DNA of 64,000 nucleotides, from assembly GCA_964016885.1 (NCBI GenBank), contig OZ024741.1, positions 122,202,001-122,266,000 of the forward strand, read 5' to 3'. The notes below the pieces were generated by a model that saw only the letters and a program-made list of their open reading frames with translations, was not told where the DNA came from and made no database searches. Below are positions 17,436 to 30,004 of this stretch, piece after piece (position 1 is the first letter of the stretch; every line of letters begins with the position of its first letter). The position numbers and the translations under genes are program-made. This DNA is from Eledone cirrhosa (Eukaryota).

Positions 17436-17992
17436 TGCTCTGTACCTCGCACAATATTTTGAATAGATTTATCCCATGAATTACACTTTTAATTAATCAG
17501 TTCGTTCTATTGTGGATAGTGGAAATACATTGAGATTTAAATCTTGTCATACCTCGAACAATTTTGATCTGTAAACCCTTTACACTTGTTTATATATATA
17601 TATATATATGCGATTACAATAAAATTCATGATCACTGACACCCAAAATGTGGTTATAAACACCATAACAAGTTGTGTGGTCTGGATGACCCTTTGAATTA
17701 CAGGTAAACCCATTATTCCAGTAGAGTGGAGTGGAGTAACGTAAAATAATGTACCCAAGTACACAACACAATGGAACGCACAACCTTAAAATCATGAGCT
17801 ATACATCGTAACCACTAACACACGAATCTCCACTGCACACAAGCAGTAAACAAAAACATCGATTAGTGCTGTAAGTGAAACCCCCTGACCTTTCCCTCTA
17901 GGATATGTCGTACCATAAATATACTGGTACTATAAGAAGTTTAGGATTGGGTAGATTAAGACATGGTGGTAGGGATGTATGGTAAAATCTAG

Positions 17993-18728
<736 letters not shown>

Positions 18729-19083
18729 TTTGGTCAAGTGGTCTGAGTAAAACAAGTGATCCGTTCTTTTATTTCATATTTCGTGACAGGCGCACGATGC
18801 AGATTATTGTGCCTATCTACGTCTGCCCACTTAGAGAATATGAATACAGTGGCTTTGAATGACACGTTAACTATAACTCGGCCTGCAAAGTTACTGATAT
18901 CGCTTAACAGAAATATAACAAAAGTGGCTAGCATTTATGTTGATGTTTTTCTTCTCCTGTACACTTTAAGGGTTTTATTATTATGAATTCTACGTTCATT
19001 GTTTAAATCAAGACACATCTGGGATTTTAATTGCACTGATGTCGAAGAATTAAAATAAGACCCGGCATCATGTTACACATGTT

Positions 19084-19116
<33 letters not shown>

Positions 19117-19439
19117 CAAAATTTAGTACAGCATTATCGAAGCTCTGGTTGTAGCCAAGCTAACGAATGCAGTCGGGGTGTACAGCGAAGCACTCAATAA
19201 GGTATATTACCTTAGAGTTATAACATTACGTTTAGACAGCTTTGCAAATTGAAGACAGCGACCGATAGACGAGCCGTAGTGACCAAAGCGACGAAAAAAA
19301 CTGAACTCAGGATAATATATATATATATATATATATATCTTCTCTCTCTCTTTCAATATTTTTTTCTCTCTCTATCTCAATATTTTTCCCTCTCCCTTTT
19401 ACATCTCCTTTCTTCCAACAGTTTAATTTAAATAAACCG

Positions 19440-19770
19440 TTGTGTTTTCAATTTTTCGGACACTCATTTGCATACTCACTCATAACTTTGTATCACCCTC
19501 AATAAAATATTATCTCCACTATCCAGGGAACTTCAACCGTTAAGGTTGTCTTTTTTCCGGGTATGTCAATATTGATTTATAAAACAAATCTGTATTTTAT
19601 CTGATGAAAGCGCACCATAATTTGCCTTGGTTGCCCTTGAAATATATATAATAAAATAATTATGGTTTTATAAATATAGTTTCCATTTATTAATATATTG
19701 AATATTTACTCCACTAAAATGTTGAGTGCATTATATCAGTTATAACAATTTTTAAGCTTGTTGAATCCCA
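19440..19770 (+). mobile_element. Solo Penelope-like pseudo-LTR / 3' end (family H1)
   Basis: Closely similar to 62060-62320 and, inverted, to 60490-60685; carries a hammerhead; bounded by (TA)n. Confidence 0.8.
19593..19658 (+). ncRNA. Type I hammerhead ribozyme (family H1)
   Basis: tattttat-CTGATGA-aagcgcacc..ggttgccctt-GAAA-tatata-TA-ataaaata: 8-bp stem I, full core, palindromic mini stem III, predicted cleavage after 19650. Confidence 0.85.
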
Positions 19771-19961
19771 TATATATATATATATATACATACATTAACA
19801 GAGAAAGCCTTAAGCGATACTCTGACCAACTCCATCTCACTCAACAAACATTAGGATATACCTAAGTATTCTCCCAATTTAGTGTTTGGGGTGCTAACTA
19901 ATCAGTTTATATATATATAGAGATAGATAGATAGATAGATATAGATATAGACATACATACA

Positions 19962-20025
<64 letters not shown>

Positions 20026-20148
20026 GAAACCATCAAATATGTTTAGAGATTTGTGTTTCTCAATAAGCTAGCTCATGGCTCTTTCTCTCTCTATACATAC
20101 ATATATCTTTTTCATTTGGTTATATATATATATGAATAATTAAAACAT

Positions 20149-20208
20149 TGACATAACGAAGTACTTAAGTTTCGTTGGGTTCTGGACCCCAACTCATTCA
20201 GCCTGTCA
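20149..20208 (-). ncRNA. Type I hammerhead-like motif with a 1-nt core insertion
   Basis: Minus strand: tgacagg-CTGAATGA-gttggg gtccagaa cccaac-GAAA-cttaag-TA-cttcgttatgtca. Confidence 0.6.
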
Positions 20209-20272
20209 TAAGAAAAAGTCAAAATGTTAAGTACCTGTTTATGTCACTGTTGTTATTATTTATACTAAATTA

Positions 20273-20537
20273 AGGGCGGTGGATTGGTAGTATCGGTAGA
20301 GCGTCGGACACTATGCTTTGCAGCATAGAGTTACGCCGCTTTATGATCTGAGTTCAAATCCCGCTGTGGTTAGCTTTGCCTTTCATCCTTACGGGGTCGG
20401 TAAAATAAAGCACCAATAATGTACTGGGGTCGATTTAATCGACTTTCCTCTCCCCCCAAATTGCTGGCCTTGTGCCTATAGTACCAATAATGTACTGGGT
20501 AATTGCTGCCCTTGTGCCACAAGTAGAAACAATTATT
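20273..20537 (+). mobile_element. SINE family A, full length with duplicated tail
   Basis: Matches family consensus. Confidence 0.85.
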
Positions 20538-20670
20538 TATACTAAACTCGTTCTATGGACTGAGTGCTCTTACCCTTGGATATTTCTACCAAACTTTTAC
20601 TACAGTTCATATATATATATTTATATGTTAAAATACAAATTAATAAAATAGATGTTCTTTTGATCAATTA

Positions 20671-20725
20671 TATTTTATTATACATATTTCGGATGTACAA
20701 CAGTACATCTTCATCAGATAAAATA
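20671..20725 (-). ncRNA. Type I hammerhead ribozyme (family H1b)
   Basis: Minus strand: tattttat-CTGATGA-agatgtac tgtt gtacatcc-GAAA-tatgta-TA-ataaaata. Confidence 0.85.
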
Positions 20726-21001
20726 TAATGATACATGACATACCCTGAGATATTAAATGGTTAAGATTTAATCAATGACTACCTTGATTAAATCTTAACC
20801 ATTTAACATCTTAGGGTATGTCATGGCAGTATCGGTAGAGAGTCGGACGCCATGCTTTCTGGCATAGTTACGTCCCTTTACAGTCTGAGTTCAAATCCTG
20901 CCGAGGTTAACTTTGCCTTTCATCCTTATGGGGTCGATAAAATAAAGTACCAGTAATGTACTGGATAATTGCTGGCCTTGTGCCTAAAGTAGAAACAATT
21001 A

Positions 21002-21056
21002 TATTTTGTCTGATAAGGATGTACTGTTGTACATCCGAAATATGTATAATAAAATG
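21002..21056 (+). ncRNA. Hammerhead motif with G8>A core mutation (probably impaired)
   Basis: tattttgt-CTGATAA-ggatgtac tgtt gtacatcc-GAAA-tatgta-TA-ataaaat. Confidence 0.7.
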
Positions 21057-21349
21057 TAATTGATCAAAAGAACATCTATTTTATAAATATTTGTATTTTA
21101 ATATTAATAACTCTGGAAAATAATTTTTTCTGGTAGAGTGCTTCCAATCTACTGTAAAAACTCATTCTCTGATATACTCATTGAATCTTGTTTAACTCTT
21201 TAATATATATTTATATATATATATATATATATACGTGTATATATATATATATATGTAAAGAATATATATTGCCAGAATCATTTCTGATTTTTGCGTTTCG
21301 CTTCGCCTTTCCTGCCCGCCGAAAATGCGATTCTCACTGAACCTTTATT

Positions 21350-21548
<199 letters not shown>

Positions 21549-21629
21549 CTGTCTAATGGTAGCTAAGATGCTTCCATAGGCGGTATGCCGGCTGAGCACT
21601 CCATGCTCCTACGGAGCAGTGAATTATAG

Positions 21630-21722
21630 AATGGAAAACGAAAAATCAGTGATGCATCGGAACTCAGTTGTAACACACGATAAATTGATTCCGATGCATC
21701 ACTGATTTTTCGTTTTTCCATT
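21630..21722. repeat. Inverted repeat (about 35-bp arms)
   Basis: aatggaaaacgaaaaatcagtgatgcatcggaa / ttccgatgcatcactgatttttcgtttttccatt. Confidence 0.85.
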
Positions 21723-22412
21723 ATATATATAAGATTGAAAAATAATTTGGAAAATTGTACTTAAAGCAGCCTACGTCCTTCAAGTTGCTGAAGCTGCTGA
21801 TGAATATTTATTATTCATAAAAAGGCAACTAAGAGTTTGTAGATATGAAACATTCAAATATTGAGGGTGTATTTTTGTATAGCATGTTATACATGTTATA
21901 CAACGATGTTGTTATATCTACTGAAAGTTATAAAGATAATTTAGAATTATTATTCCTAAGGACGGATTGGTGGAGTTGTTAGAATGTTGACAACATTCTC
22001 TGTGGCATATAATTACGGACTTTTACGATTTGCGTAGCTTTGTCTTTCATTCTTACGGAGTCGATAAAATAAAGTACCAGTATAGTACCAGTGTGAAGTT
22101 TGAAATTGGGTTAGAAATAGAAGCTTCCGGCGCATTTTGACTAAAGAAAATTAGCCTGATAGTGAGGTTCAAACCTTCTAAATTGAAAAAGATGCGTATT
22201 GAGGTACATCGATACCCACCTTGTTTCGATTTAGTGTGTTTTAAACCCCACTATCAAGCTAATTTCAAAGTGCTAGTAATGCACTGGTGTCGATTTAATC
22301 GATTTTCCCACCTTCCGCCCGCCAAAATTGTTGGCCTTATGCCTAAATTAGAAATAAATATTTATTCTAGCACGGTGAAGTACTACTTGGGTGAAGTACC
22401 ACTTCATATGGC

Positions 22413-22488
<76 letters not shown>

Positions 22489-23000
22489 GTTATTCCGGCT
22501 TGAATCGGAGGTAACCACAGTAAGTAAGGTACTCAATACATAGCAGAGTATAAAAGTTTTAATATAGATGAGATTCTACAGGACTAGAACTGTTTCATTC
22601 ATTAGAAATCATCAGGAATCTGGGTATCAAAAAATAAAAATGGTATTTATAGGTCTCTACAAGTGGTAGGAGAGGGTGGGGAGTGGGATGGGTGTAGGTC
22701 ATTGGTTGATAGAAAAGGGAATTCATTAAAAGCTAATTCTACAAAGCTATAGTTTATTTTTATTTATTTATGTTTTTAGAGTAACAAGGGCAGACAGAAT
22801 TCTATAAACAGGTTCCGGATGGCATACCATTCCTTGTCATTAAGTTTCTCTTAAGCTAACAGATGTCTATAAAATCAGTGGGGGGGTCAGTCATGGTCGA
22901 TAGAATTAAAGAAAAGGGAGATTCTATAAAAGCTAAAATCATTAAGGTTCTACTAAGTGACAAAGGTCTAGAGAATTCTGTAGACAGATTCAAAATACTG
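22489..23000 (-). mobile_element. Hammerhead-bearing repeat (family H2), probably the 3' end/pLTR of a Penelope-like element, between (TA)n tracts
   Basis: Homologous to 34858-35100 and, inverted, to 35600-36005. Confidence 0.75.
22571..22621 (-). ncRNA. Type I hammerhead ribozyme (family H2)
   Basis: Minus strand: agattc-CTGATGA-tttc taat gaat-GAAA-cag ttctagtc ctg-TA-gaatct (GUA cleavage triplet). Confidence 0.85.
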
Positions 23001-23133
23001 ATATATATATATATATATGTTAAATGCTCTGATCTTCTTTTAGTCCATTGAGCGCTTGCTTCATATCTCGAAGATTGGGTTTGGTTTGGTTTTTGGCCAC
23101 CGCCGAAATACAATGTCGCTGAAATTATATTTG

Positions 23134-23250
<117 letters not shown>

Positions 23251-23563
23251 TCAGTATGAGTACCAGGAAAAGCTGGGGGTTAACACTGCGATGGACTAGC
23301 GTCCTGTCCATGGGAAAGTCTTGTACTCTCAGTCGCTTCACGCCACCAAACCGGTATAAGCACCTGCCTGACGAGCCTGCAGGCTTGAGACAGACTTTAG
23401 ACTAGACCCATTAATTTAAACGGAAAATGTGGATTGATGCATGTATGATGCTTAATCCATTTTCAAGAATAAATGTTTTAAATAAACTGCATTCATTTAG
23501 GAGGATAAATATTCCAGTTGATTGCGCAACACACACACGCACGAGCACCCATACACACGTACA

Positions 23564-23652
<89 letters not shown>

Positions 23653-23790
23653 ATCATCGTCATCATTTAATTCCCATTTTCCTTGCTAGCAAGGGTTCGA
23701 CGGAAGCGGGAGCTACTGACCTCCTACGCCAGTGAGACTGCATTCCGCTTACGTACGGTTCTATCGAGTGCAGAGGAGAAGATTTGAAGC

Positions 23791-24180
23791 AACTGAAGGG
23801 TCCTCCTAACCCATTATTTGGCAAGCTTTCTACAGCTGGATGCCCTTCCTAACACCAACCACTTTATGAGTGTACTGAGTGATTTTATTGTATTTGATCA
23901 CCAGCACTAGGGAGGTAGTCATGTCTGTGACACAACTAAAGAGTCCACCAACCAATTTTTGCAGGCTTTCTACGGCTGGATGCCATTGCTATCACCAACC
24001 ACTTGTGTAATGGATGCGTCTATCTTGTAGATCACCAACACCAGAGAGGTTGTTTGTGTCTTTGACACAACTAAAGGATTTCTCAACCATTTTAGTCAAA
24101 GTTACTACAGCAGGGTGCTCTTTCTGTCCCCAACCTAACTTAGGCAGTGTACCTGGTGCATTTTCGTGGCACTCTATTAG
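23791..24180. repeat. Three diverged tandem units of about 135-143 bp
   Basis: Each begins aact(g/a)aag.g and contains ctac(a/g)gc.gg.tgc....accaacc; units start at about 23791, 23934 and 24069. Confidence 0.75.
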
Positions 24181-24837
24181 ACAAATTGTTTGTAATAGGA
24201 TCCAACTGTAGAGCCCTCTCAGCTCTGGAGAAGGGGGCAATATGAGAGCGAGATAGGTATGAAGTTATAGATGTATGTAGGGAGGGCGAAATGGAGAGAT
24301 AGGTAAGGGGTAAGGGTGATTAACGGGTAGGGGTAGTTGGTTAGTGTATGAGGAGAGGGGATGTAGTGGTGTGGGTAGGTGTGCTCAGTAGAGGGGAGCT
24401 GGTGGGGGAAAGATAGGTAAGGGAATAGTGATAGGGTAAGGGGTGGTAGTATGGGTGAACAAGGTGTAGAGATAGTAGATATTAGGGTACAATTGTGAGG
24501 ATATCTAAAATCTTTAGAGGGGGTAGTAGTTAAGTAGCGGTTTGGGAGGAGGACATGGGTGGTAGGTACAGTCATGGTGAGGATAGATGATGGGAAGTGC
24601 TTGTGGAAGGGGAAGGGGCTCATGGATGGGTCAGGTCTTATTGTATACTTCTGGCCAATTCATCGTCATCACAGCATAGCACTAGCCTCCTCGACCATTG
24701 TCTTCTCAGTTATATATATCCAAGTGATGGTGAAATAAACAGACCAGCTTTTTCTTGAAGAACTTTGTTTCCTTTTTACCTCTGCTCACTTTCCTTTATC
24801 TTTATATTTCTATTTCTTCTTGAATTTCTCATTTTAT

Positions 24838-24872
24838 TTTTTTGATGAAGAACAACCGTCCGAAATGTCAAA
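24838..24872 (+). ncRNA. Degenerate minimal hammerhead-like motif
   Basis: ttt-TTGATGA-agaac aacc gtcc-GAAA-tg-TC-aaa. Confidence 0.4.
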
Positions 24873-25028
24873 CCTTTTCACACTATATTAAGCATCAAAC
24901 TAATATATATCTTCATTGTACTTCATCGTCTGTTTTCTTTTCCATTTACTTTGCATACACACGCACACACGCACACACGACAGACACACACACGCGCGCA
25001 CCCACACACACATACGCACACACACACA

Positions 25029-25075
<47 letters not shown>

Positions 25076-25078
25076 GCA

Positions 25079-25122
<44 letters not shown>

Positions 25123-25147
25123 ATTTTTTTTCATCTTATTTTCACAG

Positions 25148-25598
25148 TTCGTCATGGGCGTAATTTAATATGGGCAGGTCAACCTATGGGTTACGACCGG
25201 GCGTGTATAGTTGGTATTGAAGGGGATCCAGATAAATGGGTTCTTGACAAGAAAATGAAGGTCAGACAGATAAGTCCTCCGTCGAGTATGTGGCACTTTC
25301 GAGGGTTGGCTTACTCCTATTCTACGAAGTACTTATACTGGAGTGAATCGGGATTAAAACGAATACAGGGTCTTGTTCTCGATGGAGTTAGGAAAGAAAC
25401 TGATAACATTTTCAGTGGAACATCTGCTGAGGTCGATGGCCTAACAGTTGACTGGATTTCAGGTAATCTCTACTGGACAGATGCTATATATAACTGGATT
25501 ATGATGGTGCCGCTTCGACCGAACCAAAAACGTTACAAGATTGTTACTAAAGTGGGACTGGATAAGCCACATGGGATTGCTGTTTTACCACAAAAAGG
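25148..25598 (+). CDS. LRP4/5/6-like YWTD-EGF receptor, exon A (first propeller)
   Basis: ttttcacag| ... |gtgagt; LYWSE, DGLTVDWISGNLYWTD, LDKPHGIAVLPQKG; phase 1 to phase 2. Confidence 0.93.
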
Positions 25599-25737
25599 GT
25601 GAGTATATTTAAATCATTTCTTTATGTGCGTAAGGTTAATCATATTATACATTCTCAGAATACCATTAACAGATAAAATAAAATGATACATGACATACCC
25701 TGACATCTACTATGTCAGGATATGTTATGTATCATTT

Positions 25738-25804
25738 TATTTTATCTGATGAGGACGTACTGTTGAAGTTAACTCAGTATCTCTGAAATATGTATAATAA
25801 AATA
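25738..25804 (+). ncRNA. Type I hammerhead ribozyme (family H1b) in the intron, sense to the LRP gene
   Basis: tattttat-CTGATGA-ggacgtactg..cagtatctct-GAAA-tatgta-TA-ataaaata; preceded by a fold-back at 25670-25748. Confidence 0.8.
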
Positions 25805-25843
25805 TAATTGATCACAAGAATATCTATTTTGTTAATATTTTGA

Positions 25844-25873
<30 letters not shown>

Positions 25874-25882
<9 letters not shown>

Positions 25883-26078
25883 TAAAAAAATAATGAATAA
25901 AACAATGAAACAGTTCCTTATATTAAACAAAAAAAGTTCATTATTTAACGATCGTTTCTAGGATATATATGTGTTAGAATTGGCATGCATATTCAACAGA
26001 TCTATGTACAAAATTATACAAAATTATACAATAAGGAACTGTTTCATTGTTTTATTCATTATTTTTTTAATATTTTAT
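25874..26078. repeat. Inverted repeat (about 47-bp arms) with a degenerate hammerhead-like motif in the spacer
   Basis: aatgaataaaacaatgaaacagttcctta / taaggaactgtttcattgttttattcatt; minus-strand CTGTTGA...GAAA-cgatcg-TT. Confidence 0.75.
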
Positions 26079-26243
26079 CTTGACTCTGTATTCCGTTTAT
26101 CTTTTACCGAAAGTGATTTTTCGTTGCATCTCTTCTTTCCATGATATCCGGATTACATTGAGTTCTTCATACGGATTGGACACTACCGTAAACTCTTGGT
26201 AGATTTATCTACATATATATATATATATATATATAATTATTAT

Positions 26244-26287
<44 letters not shown>

Positions 26288-26289
26288 AA

Positions 26290-27130
26290 ATACAAAATGG
26301 GGAATTTTAATGCATTTCTATCTTGGCACTTACACTTGAGTGGTATCCATACAGGCATGCATATGTCATGAGCTGCTATTACTTCACATTAAGCACAACT
26401 TGTCGCATCCTTGTGTAGGAATCATTACAATTCATTTCCGTTCGTTTCCTAAGTGTCTCTATCTCGGTATCATACAACAGCACTGATTCAACATTAGCAA
26501 GGAACAATACTTGTCTTTTTTTCTTTGGAGTCATGGCTAGCAGATGTTCCGCGGTTTATGGCATGATGTCCATGATTTCCAGACATATATTTTGATATCA
26601 GTATCAGAGTTGCAAACCAAATCTTGATATATTCAGCTGCATTTAACTTTGTCCAATTCTTCTCAGCCAAGCTTCAACATTCTGTTTGAAATATATATAA
26701 CCGGTACTTATTCGCATCTGTGAGCTGTCGGATCTTAGCAGCTGAAATCTCCACTTGTTTAAGCCACTCTTGTTCTTGCAGAATTTTATTGGATATAGGT
26801 GGTATGTCATCAACAACGTCAAGATGAGTAGCCATGACTGCTGGTACAACTTGTCATCTCTGCCCGTCTATGGTGAATCCTAGGCTTTCCTCTCTGGTAT
26901 CGATTGCTTGCCGCATTACATAGTCCAACACCATGGTGAACAAATAAAAGACACTAGAATCTTTCTGCAGCTGGTATCTTAAAAATTTCAGCTTCTCAAT
27001 TTGTAGAAAATACTCGAGTTCTGATAGATTCACAAGTTTTCTAATACCTACAACTCTGTTCCTCATGTTCGTACGATTTGGAGCGTTTTGCCTTGGCTAT
27101 CAAAGGTTTTCTGAAATCAACGTATGCATG
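26290..27130 (-). pseudogene. Decayed RTE-like RT fragments
   Basis: Minus strand: YVDFRKPLI, YLFTMVLDYVMRQAI, LLLYDTE. Confidence 0.55.
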
Positions 27131-28479
27131 CATGGTTCCACAATTCATGTGGGAGTGGTAGGGGCACCGCATTGACATACGGTGTTTCTAAAACATTCTA
27201 AAACCTGATGGAGCCCAATCCTTACCAAATCTGAATACAGCAGATTTCGACCACAAAAGGATAGAGATTGGGGGAATGGAAGTGAGAAAGAGATATAGAG
27301 GATGAATCGACCAGTACTTGACTGTTACTTATGTTATCGACCTCGAATGGATGAAAGGCTAAATTGATCTCAGCGGGATTTGAACTTTGAAATCAGAGAG
27401 CCAAAACAAATACCACAAAGCATCCTATCCGCCTTAAATCAACGCATAATATATTACAAAGTGCAAAGCTAATGTTATATGATTTATACAATAGTGGCAA
27501 GCTAAAACATTCAAAATTCCTGAGATTGAGATCCAGTTTCAAATCGACGCTAATGTGTACGTATTTCACTTAAGTACTGTTTTTTCATTCAACGGAGTAT
27601 ATAATGCATGTGTTGGTGTGCACAGTACGCCCACCAAAATAGTGAATTTGCTTTAGAATGATTCTCTTCTTATAGTATCATAATATAAATCAAGTTGTAA
27701 ATTCATGTGGAATCTAAGCACTCACAACTAAAGACCGAATTACATTGAGATCTTATTATGTATGGAAATATCCTCATTTTTGTATGTTTCTCCTTATGAC
27801 AAAAGAGTAGTTGCATATCGTTTCATAGCCGAATGGTGAAACATTCGCTTCGTAATCGGTGGCAGTTTACTGCTGAATCACCCTGAGAATTATGTTTAGG
27901 TCACACGTGTCTGTGAAATGCTCAGCAACTCACGTTAATTTCACGAGCTGGCAGTTCCGCTTATCGAACAATTGGAGCAATCATCTTTGGACCCGCCGCA
28001 AATCTATTCCATTCGTGGTAAATATGTAAAATATATTTGCCTTGCCGTGTAGCTTAGAAATTCCTGTGCAACTGTGAGTTTCTGGTTTATTCTATTCCGT
28101 AGCAAATTATTTCATTTCTCGAGAGCATACTTCTATTTCAGTTTTGATAGATACCGAAACATGTATTTTTAAATTCAATGCGTACACAATGTAGTAGAGT
28201 TGAGTAGTAATTTCCTTACTGTATATCTTTACGGTTAGATTTGCAGTTCATTGTAATGCAGAGAACAACTAGGACAAGACATGAGCTGTCAAGTTTTTAG
28301 CCGCCACTTTGCCATCTCAATGATTCATCTTGTAACTCCTGGTCTTAGATGTATGATTAGTCAATGCTTTAGTCAATTAAATCTGGTGACGTTATCTGCT
28401 GTACTAATGATACATATATTCATACATAAATATATACATATGTTAATACATACCTATATTTATACTTACATACATTTCT

Positions 28480-28800
28480 ACATGATGGCTGCCTCCTCGT
28501 TATCGAGTATGGCCATTGCACGATATACCATTATTAATAATTATTAATTAATTCTATCGTGCAATGCCTGTGCGTGAAGATATTTTTTTAAATGAGGAAA
28601 GATTGTACACTGAGCCAATCCCACTCTCTGAGCGACAGTAGTTATAACCCGAAAAGAAGAAAAGATCAACATCATCGGTAACTAATGAGCCGCAGGTTTT
28701 ATATCGGAGTTATCCCAGTTTCCTGAGTTGCCTTCTCCTAGAAGAATGCCCTGACAGAGGCTACGGGTCCTTCACTCCCAGTGGTTTAAACGCGCGATCG
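28480..28800 (-). mobile_element. Short non-autonomous RTE derivative (5'UTR motif + 3' end)
   Basis: Shares cactgggag..gaccc.tagcc..gtca.ggca..ttctaggagaagg.aactc with 11045-11628; its 3' terminus is almost identical to 29674-29717. Confidence 0.7.
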
Positions 28801-28820
28801 CATACATACATACATATATG

Positions 28821-29653
28821 ATAACAAGTGCAGACTCTGCAGAAGTAACATTGAATATGTCACCCATGTCATGAGCAGCTGTCGAAAGATGTCATGGCGG
28901 CACTATCTACGTATGAGGCATGATGTAGTGGCTAAAACACTGTACAATGCAATCTGTAGAAAAGATAGCCCCGATAATAAACACATTAAAAGCTACAGCA
29001 ATGTGGAAGACATCCATATACATAATATGAAAGAGTACTGGTGGAATGTTCCAGTAAAACCCCCAATAAAATGCAGGCATAACAGACCAGACATTATGAT
29101 TATGATTATGGGACAGGGAAAAGAAGGCATGCACAGTAGTGCAAGTTAGCTACCCAGCAGATACCAATATAATATCAAAGATTAGCGAAAAGGAGTATAT
29201 TTATGCAGAACTGATGAGAAATCTGTAGATACTCCACCCGGATTATACCTTCAGATTTATACCTGTGATTATTGGGGCACTGGTATATGTTAGTAACTGC
29301 CTCAATACAAATCTTGAGAAGCTGGGCTTCACAGGAACAGAAAGAACACAACTAGTTAGGAAATTACAAGTACAATCCATTTATGGAACAGTAAAAATAT
29401 GTAAAACATTCCAAACATTTTGCATCTAATAACTGCATATTCACATGTACAGATACTAAGCATATACACATGCACACATACAACTCAAAACATACACATC
29501 CACACATACAATAACATCCATATCTACCCATGCATGCATACATATCTACCTAGTTGATGTTGTGTAAATTCCAATGAGAGAGTCTTGAGTCTATGTTAGA
29601 AACCGATTCTTTCTCTATTAGCAAAAAATTGTGAAATTATAAAACCAGAAGAA
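28821..29653 (+). mobile_element. 5'-truncated R4/Dong-clade non-LTR element (CCHC + restriction-like endonuclease) inserted in (CATA)n
   Basis: CRLCRSNIEYVTHVMSSC, RHDVVAK, HNRPDIMI, FIPVIIGAL, LQVQSIYGTVKICK; (CATA)n on both flanks. Confidence 0.85.
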
Positions 29654-29806
29654 CATACATACATACATACATACATGATGGCTGCCCCCTCGTTATCGAG
29701 TATGGCCATTGCACGAGGAGAAAGAAAAAAAAAATAATAATAAATAAATAAAAATAAAAAAAAAATAAAAAAAAGGAAAAATAAATATATATATATATAT
29801 ACATAT

Positions 29807-29840
<34 letters not shown>

Positions 29841-30004
29841 TCACACACACATATACACACACACATACATCAATAACAATAATAATAATAATAACAATAA
29901 CAACAATAATAATAACGACAACAACAATAGTAATATACATATACATATATATATACACACACATAAGCATATCTACACACACACACACACACACACGATA
30001 GCAA

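Larger units (their letters stand above)
20625..21205. mobile_element. Fold-back Penelope-like pLTR pair (family H1b) interrupted by a SINE
   Basis: Arms symmetric around the loop at about 20776-20783; SINE A at 20826-21000 sits in the right arm; (TA)n on both sides. Confidence 0.85.

Noticed and set aside
23363-23400. ctgacga-gcc tgca ggc as a hammerhead
   Set aside because: No GAAA or stem III follows; it is part of a SINE tail
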